Below, in pieces: positions 38,907-52,047 of a stretch of 64,000 nucleotides of DNA. The stretch spans positions 116,448,135-116,512,134 of the forward strand of contig NC_092373.1 of assembly GCF_030028105.1 (NCBI RefSeq), written 5' to 3'. The stretch's first letter is position 1. The number at the start of each line of letters is the position of its first letter. Below the pieces are notes generated by a model. The model saw only the letters and a program-made list of their open reading frames with translations, did not search any database and was not told the origin of the DNA. This stretch comes from Mobula birostris (taxonomy: Eukaryota). A program made the position numbers and the translations under genes.

Positions 38907-41457
38907 CAGCTCCTGGGCCCTCAGAGGCTCCATCTTCCTCTCACCCCAACCATCCCCTCTCCACTGACACCCCCAGCCTCCCCCCTCCCCCCTCTGATCC
39001 CAGCTCTCATCCGTGCCGGGTCTTTACCATCCCCTCCGACCTTCAACTGTCGGAGGCAGAACGCTCTGTCCTCAGTAAGGGCCTCACCTTTGTCCCCCTT
39101 CGCCCACACCTCAGCGAGTTCCGTGTTCGCCATGATGCGGAACTTTACTTCTGCCGTCTCCGTCTCCAAGCCTACTTCTTCAGCAAGGACTCTTCTACCC
39201 CCACCGATGACCCCTTCTCCCGTCTTCAACCCTCCTCTTCTTCATGGACATCCCGCTCTGGTCTTCTGCCTGCTCTGGATCTCTTTATCGCTAACTGCCG
39301 ACGGGACATCAACCGTCTCAACTTCACCGCACCTTGTCCCCATTCCAACCTCACTCCTTCGGAACGCTCTGCTCTCCACTCCCTCCACACTAATCCTAAC
39401 CTTATTATTAAACCCGCCGATAAGGGGGGTGCTGTTGTAGTCTGACGTACTGACCTCTACCTTGCCGAGGCACAGCGACAACTCGCGGATACCTCCTCTT
39501 ATTTACCCCTCGATTGTGACCCCACTAAGGAGCACCAGGCCATTGTCTCCCACACCATCACCGACTTTATCCGCTCAGGGGATCTCCCATCCACTGCTAC
39601 CAACCTTATAGTTCCCACACCCCGCACTTCCCGTTTCTACCTCCTACCCAAGATCCACAAACCTGCCTGTCCTGGCCGACCTATTGTCTCAGCTTGCTCC
39701 TGCCCCACCGAACTCGTTTCTGCATACCTCGACACGGTTTTATCCCCCCTTGTTCAATCCCTTCCTACCTATGTTCGTGACACTTCTCATGCTCTTAAAC
39801 TTTTCGATGATTTTAAGTTCCCTGGCCCCCACCGCTTTATTTTCACCATGGATGTCCAGTCCCTATATACTTCCATCCCCCATCAGGAAGGTCTCAAAGC
39901 TCTACGCTTCTTTTTGGACCCCAGACCTAATCAGTTCCCCTCTACCACCACTCTGCTCCGTCTATCGGAATTAGACCTTACTCTTAATAATTTCTCCTTT
40001 GCTTCTCCCACTTGCTCCAAACTAAAGATGTAGCTATGGGCACCCGTATGGGTCCTAGCTATGCCTGCCTTTTTGTTGGCTTTGTGGAACAATCGATGTC
40101 CCGTGCCTTTTCTGGTATCTGTCCCCCACTTTTCCTTCGCTACATCAACGACTGCATTGGCGCTGCTTCCTGCACGCATGCAGAGCTCGTTGACTTTATT
40201 AACTTTGCCTCCAACTTTCACCCTGCCCTCAAGTTTACCTGGTCCATTTCTGACACCTCCCTCCCCTTTCTAGATCTTTCTGTCTCTGTCTCTGGAGACA
40301 GCTTATCCACTGATGTCTACTATAAGCCTCCTGACTCTCACAGCTATCTGGACTATTCCTCTTCTCACCCTGTCTCTTGAAAAAACGCCATCCCCTTCTC
40401 GCAATTCCTCCGTCTCCGCTGCATCTGCTCTCAGGATGAGGCTTTTCATTCTAGGACGAGGGAGATGTCTTCCTTTTTTAAAGAAAGGGGCTTCCCTTCC
40501 TCCACTATCAACTCTGCTCTTAAACGCATCTCCCCCATTTCACGTACATCTGCTCTCACTCCATCCTCCTGCCACCCCACTAGGAATAGGGTTCCCCTCG
40601 TCCTCACCTACCACCCCACCAGCCTCCGGGTCCAACATATTATTCTCCGTAACTTCTGCCACCTCCAACGGGAGCCCACCACTAAGCACATCTTTCCCTC
40701 CCCCCCCCCTGCATTCCGCAGGGATCGCTCCCTACGCAACCCCCTTGCCCATTCGTCCCCACCATCCCTCTCCACTGATCTCCTTCCTGGCACTTACGCA
40801 TGTAAGCGGAACAAGTGCTACACATGCCCTTACACTTCCTCCCTTACCACCATTCAGGGCCCCAAACAGTCCTTCCAGGTGAGGCAACACTTCACCTGTG
40901 GGTCGGCTGGGGTGATATACTGCGTCCGGTGCTCCCAATGTGGCCTTTTATATATTGGCGAGACCCGACACAGACTGGGAGACGGCTTTGCTGAACACCT
41001 ACGCTCTGTCCGCCAGAGAAAGCAGGATCTCCCAGTGGCCACACATTTTAATTCCACATCCCATTCCCATTCTGACATGTCTATCCACGGCCTCCTCTAC
41101 TGTAAAGATGAAGCCACACTCAGGTTGGAGGAACAACACCTTATATTCCGTCTGGGTAGCCTCCAACCTGATGGCATGAACATCGACTTCTCTAACTTCC
41201 GCTAATGTCAATCACCTGTCCAGCTCTTGGCTCTATCCCTCCCCCTCCTGTCTTCTCCTATCATTTTGGATCTCCCCCTCCCCCTCCAACTTTCAAATCC
41301 CTTACTCACTCTTCCTTCAGTTAGTCCTGACGAAGGGTCTTGGCGTGAAACATCGACTGCACCTCTTCCTAGAGATGCTGCCTGGCCTGCTGCGTTCACC
41401 AGCAACTTTGATGTGTGTTGCTTGAATTTCCAGCATCTGTAGAATTCCTGTTGTTTG
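38907..41457 (+). mobile_element. Penelope-like retroelement (RT plus GIY-YIG endonuclease), 5'-truncated and disrupted, 14-bp TSD
   Basis: KPADKGG, YLLPKIHK..PGRPI, MDVQSLYTSI, AMGTRMGPSYA, LRYIND, LPFLD, and VIYCVRCSQCGLLYIGET...FAEH. CTGATTCCACTACT at 38893-38906 and 41458-41471. Degenerate hammerhead at 41323-41358. Inserted in an older minus-strand CR1 tail (38730-41740). Confidence 0.93.
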
Positions 41458-41769
41458 CTGATTCCACTACTACCCACTTCAGGCTCCTGCCACCCTCTGG
41501 GTAAAAAACATTACCTCATGTTGCCTTTAAACTCCAGTCCCCCAACTTAAAAGCATGTCCTCTGGCCTTTGACATTTCTACTCTGGGGAAAGGATTCTGA
41601 ATGTCTACTTTAACTCTGTGTCTCATAATTTCAAAATCCTCTATCAGGTCTCCCTTCAGGCTCCGATGTTCTAGGGAGAACAACGTCAGTTTGTCCAGGT
41701 TTTCCTTGCAGCCCATATCCTCTAATCCAGGCGACATCACTCTGGGACCTCACTTGCTGCTCGTGAGGA

Positions 41770-42445
41770 TACAGCAGGCGGTGAAAAAGGCGAATGGTAT
41801 GCTGGCATTTATAGCGAGAGGATTTGAGTACAGGAGCAGGGAGGTACTACTGCAGTTGTACAAGGCCTTGGTGAGACCACACCTGGAGTATTGTGTGCAG
41901 TTTTGGTCCCCTAATCTGAGGAAAGACATCCTTGCCATAGAGGGAGTACAAAGAAGGTTCACTAGATTGATTCCTGGGATGGCAGGACTTTCATATGATG
42001 AAAGACTGGATCGACTAGGCTTATACTCGTTGGAATTTAGAAGATTGAGGGGGATCTTATTGAAACGTATAAAATCCTAAAGGGATTTGACAGGCTAGAT
42101 GCAGGAAGATTGTTCCCGATGTTGGGGAAGTCCAGAACAAGGGGTCACAGTTTGAGGATAAAGGGGAAGCCTTTTAGGACCGAGATTAGGAAAAACTTCT
42201 TCACACAGAGTGGTGAATCTGTGGAATTCTCTGCCACAGGAAACAGTTGAGGCCAGTTCATTGGCTATATTTAAGAGGGAGTTAGATACGGCCCTTGTGG
42301 CTAAAGGGATCAGGGGGTATGGAGGGAAGGTTCGTACAGGGTTCTGAGTTGGATGATCAGCCATGATCATACTGAATGGCGGTGCAGGCTCAAAGGGCTG
42401 AATGGCCTACTCCTGCACCTATTTTCTATGTTTCTATGTTTCTAT
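41770..42445 (+). mobile_element. Young CR1 3' fragment (same subfamily as 31317-34931)
   Basis: QQAVKKANGMLAFIARGFEYRSREVLLQLYKALVRPHLEYC, near-identical to the long copy; (CTATGTTT)n tail. Confidence 0.92.
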
Positions 42446-42599
42446 GTCAAAGCCCCAGCAATCTGCTCATTGGCCTCATTCAATATTCTGGAATACTGAG
42501 GATTCTCTCCTTAATGCTTTTCAGAAGACACAGCACTGCTTCCTCCTTAGTCCCGAAAATGTCCCCACATATTAATGTGCCCTACTCTGTTTTCAGAAT

Positions 42600-43345
42600 C
42601 CTCCAAATCTTGCCCCTTGGTAAACAGTGACATAAGGTACTCATTTAATGCTTCTGCCACTTGCACTGACTCCAAGCACAAATTCTCCACTGTATCCTCT
42701 ACGGACCTACCCTCACCTTAGTTATTCTATTTTTCTTAACCCAAATGTAAAATGCCTTGGGATTAGCCTTGATCCTGATAAGCAAGGTCCCTTTTGCTAT
42801 CTGTAATCCCGGTTTGAGGACTATCTTGCTGTTTTTATATTTAACAATAGCCCAGTCTGATTTCAACTTCATAACCTTATGTTTGCTTCTTGACTAAATT
42901 TAAGACCTCTTGCATCCAAAGTTCCTCGTCCTTACTCCTTCCCAGAACAGGCCAATTTGGAACTCTAGTCATCTGGTTCTTAAACAATTCCCACATGTCA
43001 GCCCAACAGCAGCTGCTCCCATTCCACTCCTCTTAGCTTCTGTATGATCCTGCCCTAATTTACTCTCTCCCAGTTTAGTATCTTCTCACATGATCCAGTT
43101 TCCTCCTTATAACTATCTTAAAACATCAGGAATTGTGGTCACTGCTCCCAAAATCAGTGTCAGTTCTATCATTCAGTGTGGCTCATTACCCAAAACTTGA
43201 TTGAGTATGTTCTCTCCTCTAGCTGGACTCTCCATATACCATTTCGTTAAACCCCTCTTGAATGCACTGAAGAAATTCTGCCCCATCTAAGCCTTTTGTG
43301 TTAAGGAAGTTCCAGTCAACACTAAGGAAGTTAGTGTCCCACTGT
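42600..43345 (-). mobile_element. Old CR1 ORF2 endonuclease-region fragment
   Basis: GLDGAEFLQCIQEGF...YGESS remnant in ORF 43219-43629 and downstream decayed CR1-like sequence. Confidence 0.55.
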
Positions 43346-43399
43346 TTTTTCTGTACCCCTCCATAGTAGTGTAAATCCTCCAACTCTTTTACCCTCCCC

Positions 43400-43916
43400 C
43401 CCACCCCCACATCACATCTTCCTCCCAGTAGACAGGCCCGAGTCCTCGGCTTTGCTTGTTGCTCGGCAGCTGGGGCATGGTCGATGGGCTCGGCAGAGGA
43501 TGGTGCTCGGAGATATTGGATCGGAGGGCTGGTCGGAGGCTCGAAGTTTTTGGACGGACTCAGAGTCCGCTGCGGTCGGATGCTTCCAATGGTACAGCAT
43601 TGGCAAGTTTGTGGCGCTTGGAGGTTCATGGCAGGGAGAGTTCCTCCCTTCTACCGTCTGCGTGAGATGATGAGGCTATCAGAACTTTGAGACTTTTTTT
43701 TTAAACCGTGCCCATGGTCTGCTCTTTATCAAATTATGGTCTTGCTTTGCACTGTTGTAACTATATGTTATAATTATGTGGTTTTGTCCATTTTCATCTT
43801 GGTTTGTCCTGTGTTTTCTTGTGATATCATTCTGGAGGAACGTTGTATCATTTTTTAATGCATGCATTTCTAAATGACAATAAACGAGGACTGAGTGTCC
43901 TCATAATCTAATCTAA
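43400..43916 (+). mobile_element. Short non-LTR element with GC-rich 5' part and AATAAA...(ATCTA)n tail
   Basis: CpG-rich head, T-rich 3' region, CAATAAAC, and terminal ATCTAATCTAAT. Confidence 0.5.
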
Positions 43917-45567
43917 TTTAAAACAGTGAAATCCAGAGCCCAGGGATGTTGAGCTGCTGGTCCTGTCCCTCGTGCAACCAGGTCTACGTAATAATGTTGT
44001 AATTCCATGTACTTATCTAGGCCCAAAGTTCATCCCCCTTACCCATAATAAACACATTGCAGCCCATCATTCCCAATGGCGTTTATCAGCAAACCCCTTG
44101 GTGTCCTTCCTTTCAAAGTTCAAAGTAAATTTTATTATCGAAGTACAAATATGTCACCACTTACACCCCTGAGATTCATTTTCTTGTGGGCATACGCAGC
44201 AAATCTATAGAACAGGGACACCAGTCACCATGACCATAAACTGGTGTCAGCTGCTTCTGTCTGACAAACGGTACCACAACATTAAAGCCAGGACCAACAG
44301 GCTACAGGACAGCTTCTTCCTACAAGCCATTAGAATTTTAAATTCACATGTCTCTACATTGCAACAGAGTCACAACAGAAAGATTTTTACCCCCTCACCT
44401 TGTGGGATGGATGTAAGATTTAAATAAATAGCAGAAAATTAATGAAAGATCGCCCAACTAGGGTGTCAAACCAGAGTGCTTGTATTACTTGTCATACTTC
44501 TCATCTCTATCACCCGTTGCCTTGCTATTGTGGTTCCCAGCCCTCTGCCACTCCAGTTTAAACCCTCACAAAGAGCTCAGTGAGGATATTGATTCCCGTC
44601 CAGTTCATATGCAAATCACCTTGTTCATACAGGTCTCATTGCCCTGGAAACGAGCCTATTGATCCATTTTATCATCTACCTAGCTCCTAGAGTCCCCCTC
44701 CAGGACCTCCTCCCCGCTCCTGCTTGTGCAATTTGTACCCAAGACAACCTCCCCTCTCAGAATGCTCTGTACCACTGTGAGACATCCTTCCCCCTGGCAC
44801 TGCACCAGGAAGACAATACACCACCCTGGAGTCTTGATAGTGGCCACAAAGAATGCGTGTTCGCTCCGCTTACCATCAAGATCCCTTTCACTATCATGCT
44901 GCCGGACCTCGCACTTCCCTTCTTTGCCTCACGGCTGGCTGCTGGTGCTGACGGTACAGGCTGTGCAAGGTTATGGCCACAGGAGGACTGTCTGCCTACT
45001 CCCCTTACTTCTCCAAGTGGTCACCCATACATCTGCAGCCCACCTCACTAGGTGTGACTGCCTCACCAACGTAATCATCTGCGATATCCTCAGCATCCCA
45101 GATGATCCTGAGTACATCCAACATTCCTGCCTTCTATGTTTCTAGCCTTGAAATTGACTCAAGCTCCAAAGCCTGCCTGCAGTGATTCAGTTATAGCATT
45201 TCGTACATTGTATGCATCTTTTCCAATTTATTGGTTGCCTTAGATGTCTTTATGGCAAGAGCACAGGAGGAAACCAAATTAAAGCTAAAAATCCTTTATA
45301 AAAAAACTATTAGTTTTGATGTTTTACTGCCATTGATGACAGAGACTGGAGCATTTCCTACTTCACCTACCTCTGACCTCAGCCACATGGAGTAAATAAC
45401 TAAGAGGTAGCTAGCAATTTCCACACAAGGACAGTAAACCAGAAAGACTGTCTTCTCCAATGACAAGAACAGAAACTGCTAGAAAAATGCAGCAGCTCAG
45501 GTAGCAAGTATGGAAAGACGAACAAAATATGAGATATCGCAAGTATGGTGACATGTTGAACCTGAAA

Positions 45568-45860
45568 TACATAGAAACATAGAAAATAGGTGCAGGAGTA
45601 GGCCATTTGGCCCTTCGAGCCTGCACCGCCATTCAGTATGATCATGGCTGATCATCCAACTCAGAACCCTGTACCAGCCTTCTCCCCATAGCCCCTGATC
45701 CTTTTAGCCACAAGGGCCATATCTAACTCCCTCTTAAATATAGCCAATGAACTGGCCTTAACTGTTTCCTGTTGCAGAGAATTCTACAGATTCTCCATTC
45801 TCTGTGTGAAGAAGTTTTTCCTAATCTCGGTCCTAAAAGGCTTCCCCTTTATCCTCAAAC
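45568..45860 (-). mobile_element. Young CR1 3' tail (third copy of the subfamily)
   Basis: Near-identical to 31317-31612. Confidence 0.9.
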
Positions 45861-46592
45861 CGAGACCTCAAACTTTATCCTCATACAAGCTCTTTTTCCA
45901 ACTCACAAGAGGCTGCCTGACTTGCTGGGTTTTGCCAGCATTTTCTGTTTTATTTCAGATTTCTAGCACCGACAATTTTGATTCTTACAGCTGGTAAACT
46001 CTGGCAGTGCACTATCACCAGGACGTTTACTATGTGTGGAGCTGTACAGTAGTAGAAAGTAAGCCAGCTGGGCCTTTCTGCACATTTTTTTTTGGTTCCT
46101 TTCACATAATCTTCCATCACACTCTGTACACAAGAGTGTCTCAAAATTCTTCTGTGACTGGAGAACAGATGCCATAGAGTCGTATATGCCTTCCAGACCA
46201 TTGAGTCACCCACTTCACATTCATCTTTCTCCTGGTCTTTCCAGAAACGTCCGTCAGGTTGTACTACTCAGCTACACACTGGGGCAGTTTACAGTTCACT
46301 TACCAACCTGCATGCCTTTAGGAATGGGATGAGACGGGAGCACCCCTAGGAGTCTCCTGCAGTCACAGACTGAACATGCAAACTCCGCACAGACAGCACC
46401 AGATGTTGTAGTTGTGTCGAGGAGATGGAGCTCTATTAGATAAGCTTGATTTACTTGTTGCTTGTGCATTGAAACATAAGGAGAATTGCATTGTTTGTGA
46501 AAAATCTGCAAGTGTCGCCACATTTCTGATGCCAATGTAGCAAGCCTTCAACTCACTAACCCTAACAGTACCTCTTTGGACTGTGGGAGGAA

Positions 46593-48775
46593 ACTGCAAC
46601 ACAGAGGAAACTCACGTACAAACCGGAGCACACGAGGAAACTCACGTACAAACCGGAGCACACGAAGAAACTCACATACAAACTGGAGCACACGAGGAAG
46701 CTCATGTACAAACTGGAGCAAACAAGGAAACTCACGTACAACCTGAGCACACGAGGAAACCCACGTACAAACCGGAGAACATGAGGAAACCGACGTACAA
46801 ACTGGAGCACACAAGGAAACTCACGTACAAACTGGAGCACACGAGGAAACCCACATACAAACCGGAGAACACGAGGAAACTCACGTACAAACCGGAGCAC
46901 ACGAGGAAACTCACGTACAAACTGGAGCACACGAGGAAACCCACGTACAAACCGGAGAACACGAGGAAACCGACGTACAAACCGGAGCACACGAGGAAAC
47001 TCACGTACAAACCGGAGCAAACAAAGAAACTCACGTACAAACCGGAGCACACGAGGAAACTCATGTACAAACAGGAGCACACGAGGAAACTCACGTACAA
47101 ACAGGAGCACGCGAGGAAACTCACGTACAAACCGGAGCACGCGAGGAAACCCACGTACAAACTGGAGCACACGAGGAAGCTCACGTACAAACTGGAGCAC
47201 ACGAGGAAACCCATGTACAAACCGGAAAACTTGAGGAAACTCACGTACAAACTGGAGCACACGAGGAAACTCACGTACAAACCAGAGCACACGAGGAAAC
47301 CCACGTACAAACCGGAGCACACGAGGAAAACCACGACCAAACCGGAGCACACGAGGAAGCTCATGTACAAACTGGAGCAAACAAGGAAACTCACGTACAA
47401 CCTGAGCACACGAGGAAACCCACGTACAAACCGGAGAACACGAGGAAACCAACGTACAAACAGGAGCACACGAGGAAACTCACGTACAAACTGGAGCACA
47501 CGAGGAAACCCACGTACAAACCGGAGCACACGAGGAAACTCATGTACAAACCGGAGCACACGAGGAAGCTCACGTACAAACCGGAGCAAACAAAGAAACT
47601 CACGTACAAACCGGAGCACACGAGGAAACTCACGTACAAACAGGAGCACACGAGGAAACTCACGTACAAACAGGAGCACGCGAGGAAACTCACGTACAAA
47701 CCGGAGCACGCGAGGAAACCCACGTACAAACTGGAGCACACGAGGAAGCTCACGTACAAACTGGAGCACACGAGGAAACCCACGTACAAACCGGAAAACT
47801 TCAGGAAACTCACGTACAAACTGGAGCACACAAGGAAACTCACGTACAAACCGGAGCACACGAGGAAACCCACGTACAAACCGGAGAACACGAGGAAACT
47901 CACGTACAAACAGGAGCACGCGAGGAAACTCACGTACAAACCGGAGCACGCGAGGAAACCCACGTACAAACTGGAGCACACGAGGAAGCTCACGTACAAA
48001 CTGGAGCACACGAGGAAACCCACGTACAAACCGGAAAACTTCAGGAAACTCACGTACAAACTGGAGCACACAAGGAAACTCACGTACAAACCGGAGCACA
48101 CGAGGAAACCCACGTACAAACCGGAGAACACGAGGAAACTCACGTACAATCCGGAGCAAATGAAGAAACCCACGTACAAACCGGAGTACACGAGGAAACT
48201 CATGTACAAACCAGAGCACACGAGGAAATCCACGTACAAACCGGAGCAAACGAGTAAACTCACGTACGAACCGGAGCACACGAGGAAACCCACGTACAAA
48301 CCGGAGTACACGAGGAAACTCACGTACGAACCGGAGCACACGAGGAAACCCACGTACAAACCAGAGCACACGAGGAAACTCACGTACAAACTGGAGCACA
48401 CGAGGAAACCCACGTACAAACCTGAGCAAACGAGGAAGCTCACGTACAAACTGGAACACACGAGGAAACTCACGTACAAACCGGAGCACACGAGGAAACT
48501 CACATACAAACCTGAGCACACGAGGAAACTCACCTACAAACCGGAGCAAACGAGGAAACTCACGTACAAACCGGAGCACACGAGGAAACTCACATACAAA
48601 CCTGAGCACACGAGGAAACTCACCTACAAACCGGAGCAAACGAGGAAACTCACGTACAAACCTGAGCACACGAGGAAACTCACGTACAAACTGGAGCACA
48701 CGAGGAAGCTCACGTACAAACTGGAGCACACGAGGAAACCCACGTACAAACCGGAGCACACGAAGAAACTCACAT
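46593..48775. repeat. 30-bp minisatellite, ~72 units, consensus CCGGAGCACACGAGGAAAC(T/C)CACGTACAAA, embedded in a minus-strand V-SINE (~46550-48845)
   Basis: 30-nt periodicity is directly visible. The left flank TTTGGACTGTGGGAGGAAAC and right flank GGAATTGAACC are V-SINE parts. Confidence 0.97.
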
Positions 48776-49024
48776 CCTTTCAGGCAGCAGCAGGAATTGA
48801 ACCCTGGTCTTACAGCTGGCGCTAGGAAGCGATTGTGCCAACTACTTCACATTAGTTGTGCTACTTCACTGCCCACTTTCACTTTCTTACCTTTCTCCCT
48901 CCCTCCTGACACGTTAAAGGTGCATCGTGTGGCAGATCAGCATAATGTCTGGCCAGTTCCACCACTGCAAAGTCCTCTTATGAACAAGTCCAAGTTACCC
49001 AGATAGAACACGAGGAGAATCTGT

Positions 49025-49560
49025 CCTGGGATCAGTGTGTAAATGCTCTTTCAAAGAAAGCATGGCAGCACCACTTCTTTCTTAGAAGTTTGCTCAGATT
49101 TGGCAAGTTATCTAAAACTATGACAAACTTCTATAGATGCACAGGAGAGTGTATCCTAGATGTTTGCATCACAGTCTGGTATGGAAATACCAGTGTCCAA
49201 GAATGGAAAAGCCTACAAGAAGTGGGGGATACAGCCCATTTCACCATAGGAAAAGCACTCCTCACATCTACGAAGAGTTATTACCCTACACCATCAGATT
49301 TCTAGGGTGGATAATTTCACTCACATCAACTCTGAACTGATTCTACAACCTACAGACTCACTTTCAAGGACCCTACAACTTATGTTCTCAGTATTATTTA
49401 TCTATCTATTTTTAATTTGCACAGCATGTCTTTTGCACATTGGTTGTTTGTCAGTCTATATTTATGTACAGATTATTATAATTCTATTATACTTTATTTT
49501 CCTGCAAATCCCTTCAAGAAAATTAATCTCAAGGTAATATTTTTGCTCTGATAATACGTT
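49025..49560 (+). mobile_element. Rex1/Babar LINE 3' fragment
   Basis: LRFGKLSKTMTNFYRCTGECILDVCITVWYGN motif plus T-rich 3' UTR. Confidence 0.7.
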
Positions 49561-50756
49561 CATTTTTTAAACTATATCAAACCAGAATCAAACCTGATTT
49601 TGATTCTCCATACTATGGCTATGGGTAAAGAAAATAAATTTAAAGGTAGAATGAAACCATTCAGTTCCTTCCAAAGAATGTATCAAAAACCCAGGAGAAC
49701 TACAGGATCATTTACAAGCCTGTAATTTAATTTTGTGCTCAGTTATAAACTGCTTAAACTTTGCTCTCTTCTTTCACTACCGCAGTGGCACTATTTCACT
49801 AATCACACCCAGGTGTCCATTTGTTCCAAACTATATAGAGAATTGTTTGTTCATTAACTAACATAGAGTGTAGAATAACTAACATCTAATAGATAATTCC
49901 TTAAAGCTCTGTCCCTGTGGTCTATTTTATGCTATTTAACTTGCCTTTTGTTCCAGTTTTTGGATAGCTTTCCTAATTGCTGGGTGAGCAAACATGTGTT
50001 ATGTCTAAGTACAGTGACTTTGAACATCACTTGCATTATCTGCATTGAGGTCCCTTGTCTAAGTTTTTTTTGGATTTTGATGGAATTTGCAAAGAGAAAA
50101 ATTCAACATTGATTGTTGGCAGATGCAAGACCATTGGATATCAATTGCAGACATTTATGCATATGTGCAGAGGTAATTGCAACCAACCACCATCATCTGC
50201 ATGAACATTCAGCACCAGTAATGTGGTTTTCAATTACCTTTGGGATCTGGATGTTGCTGACAGAGCCTGCATTTATTTCACATCTCTAATTGCCTTTTGA
50301 AAAATTGGGTACAATGAACCGAAGTGGAGGTACACCCAGAGTGCTGCTGGATAGGGAGTTCCATGAGCTGTATTTGCCATATCTTATTGGATCTAACATC
50401 TACTCCATTACTGTTCCAGTCTTTCACGGGAGTGGAATCTAATTGGAAGCTTGGAGACACAAGTATTGTCCACATTATCAGAGTTGAAACTCAGGACCAT
50501 GCTGCAGAATCAGGTTGGCATTTTCCCCCTTGCTTTCCAGTCCTGATGAAGGGTCTCGGCCCAAACATCACTGTTTATTCCTTTCCATAGATGCTGTCTG
50601 ACCCGCTGAGTTCCTCCAGCATTTTGTGTGTGTTGCTTTAGAAATTGTTTTTGAAGTTGGAATTATACGTGAGATTTCTAGGGTGGGATTGATTCTCTTT
50701 CTATTTTTTAGCTCATCATGTTTTGACCTAACAAGATAGGAAGCTTTTCAGCTTGC

Positions 50757-50889
50757 ATTGTGGGCAACATATTTTTTTTAAAAATGATGCATGATAGGGA
50801 AATTTCACAGTGATTTTCATGATAATCAGCCCAGAATCTATAAGATACACCCAAAAGTATTCAGTAAGTAAAATCTTTGTTGTCCAGTG
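50757..50889 (-). mobile_element. Chapaev3-like MITE-sized derivative (copy 2)
   Basis: Reverse complement of 57903-58012; ends TTTGTTGTCCAGTG. Confidence 0.65.
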
Positions 50890-51365
50890 TGACTTTTAAT
50901 CTTTAAATTTGTAATTAAAGTTTAATTAATGTTGATGTAAAAATGAAATGTAGGTATTCAATGTAGGAAAATAACATAATAACTCACACTAAATTACAAG
51001 ATAATGGATTTTGTTTCCCTTTAAATACTCTTGACAGATCTATATCTGTTTTTCCATTTGTAAAAGTGATAATTTTTTTGCATAATGTATTACAAACACA
51101 TTTGAGATTCTTTGCAATGAAGAAATAAATGTAGCATTACTAAAACTGGAGGAAATTATAGTGTAAATGATATTTTCAGATAATTTAAAAAAACATTGCC
51201 CACATAGACAGAGAATTGTAAAAATTCACACCACTGTGTTCACTTCAAGGATGCAATTAACAAGTCCAGATATAATGTCAGTCTGTTATAATTGAATTTT
51301 ATCAAATGTGATTGAAGTCCTATATTTCAATCTATCAAATAACCAACAAAAGGGAAAGACTTCAC

Positions 51366-52047
51366 AAAGCACTGGTGAGGCCTCACTTGGAGTATCGTGA
51401 GCAGTTTTGGCCCCTTATCTTAGAAAGGATGTGCTAAAACTGGAAGTCATTCAAAGGAGGTTCATAAAAATGATTCCAGGATTAAATGGCTTGTCATATG
51501 AAGAGCATTTGATGGCTCTGGGCCTGTATTCACCAGAATTCAGAAGAATAAGGGGAGACCTCTTTGAAACCTATCAAATAGTGAAAGGCCTTGATAAAGT
51601 GGCTGTGGAGAGGATGTTTCCTATGGTGGGAGAGTCTAAAGACCAGAGGACACAGCCTCATAATAGACGGGTGTCCTATTAGAACAGAGATTAGAAGGAA
51701 TTTCTTTAGTCAGAGAGTGGTGAATCTGTGGAATTCTTTGCCACAGGAGGCTGTGGAGGACAAGTCGTTATGTACATTTAAAGCAGAGTCTTGATTAGTT
51801 GCGCAAGGAGTGGCGCCCCACACAGACTTCCAATCTGCACCTTGTAAGGCATGAAAATGCCCGATGCAGGCCTCTTATGGTCTGAGTCGACATTCCCTCC
51901 CCTTGATTAGTCAGGGTATGAAGGGATACAGGGAGAAGGCAGGAGACTGAGGCTGAGAAGGAAATTGGATCAGCCATGAAGAAATGGTGGAGTAGACTCA
52001 ATAGGTCAAATGGCCTAATTCTGCTCCTATATCTTATGGTTTTATGG
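51366..52047 (+). mobile_element. CR1 3' fragment containing a 102-bp foreign insert (51800-51901)
   Basis: APYLRKDVLKLE..QRRF.KMIPGLNGLSYEE...RNFFSQRVVNLWNSLP. The insert is flanked by CTTGATTAGT. Confidence 0.85.

Noticed and set aside
45991-46058. AG...GTAAGC-bounded 68-bp candidate exon (LVNSGSALSPGRLLCVELYSSR)
   Set aside because: It abuts a repeat and has no similarity to EGF; such sites arise by chance.
46593-48775. CRISPR-like array
   Set aside because: Units abut directly with no unique spacers, there are no cas genes, and the context is vertebrate.
46562-48825. Long ORFs (296-675 aa) on both strands
   Set aside because: They are translations of a 30-bp stop-free tandem unit, with frames broken by 29-bp variants and no splice or domain support.
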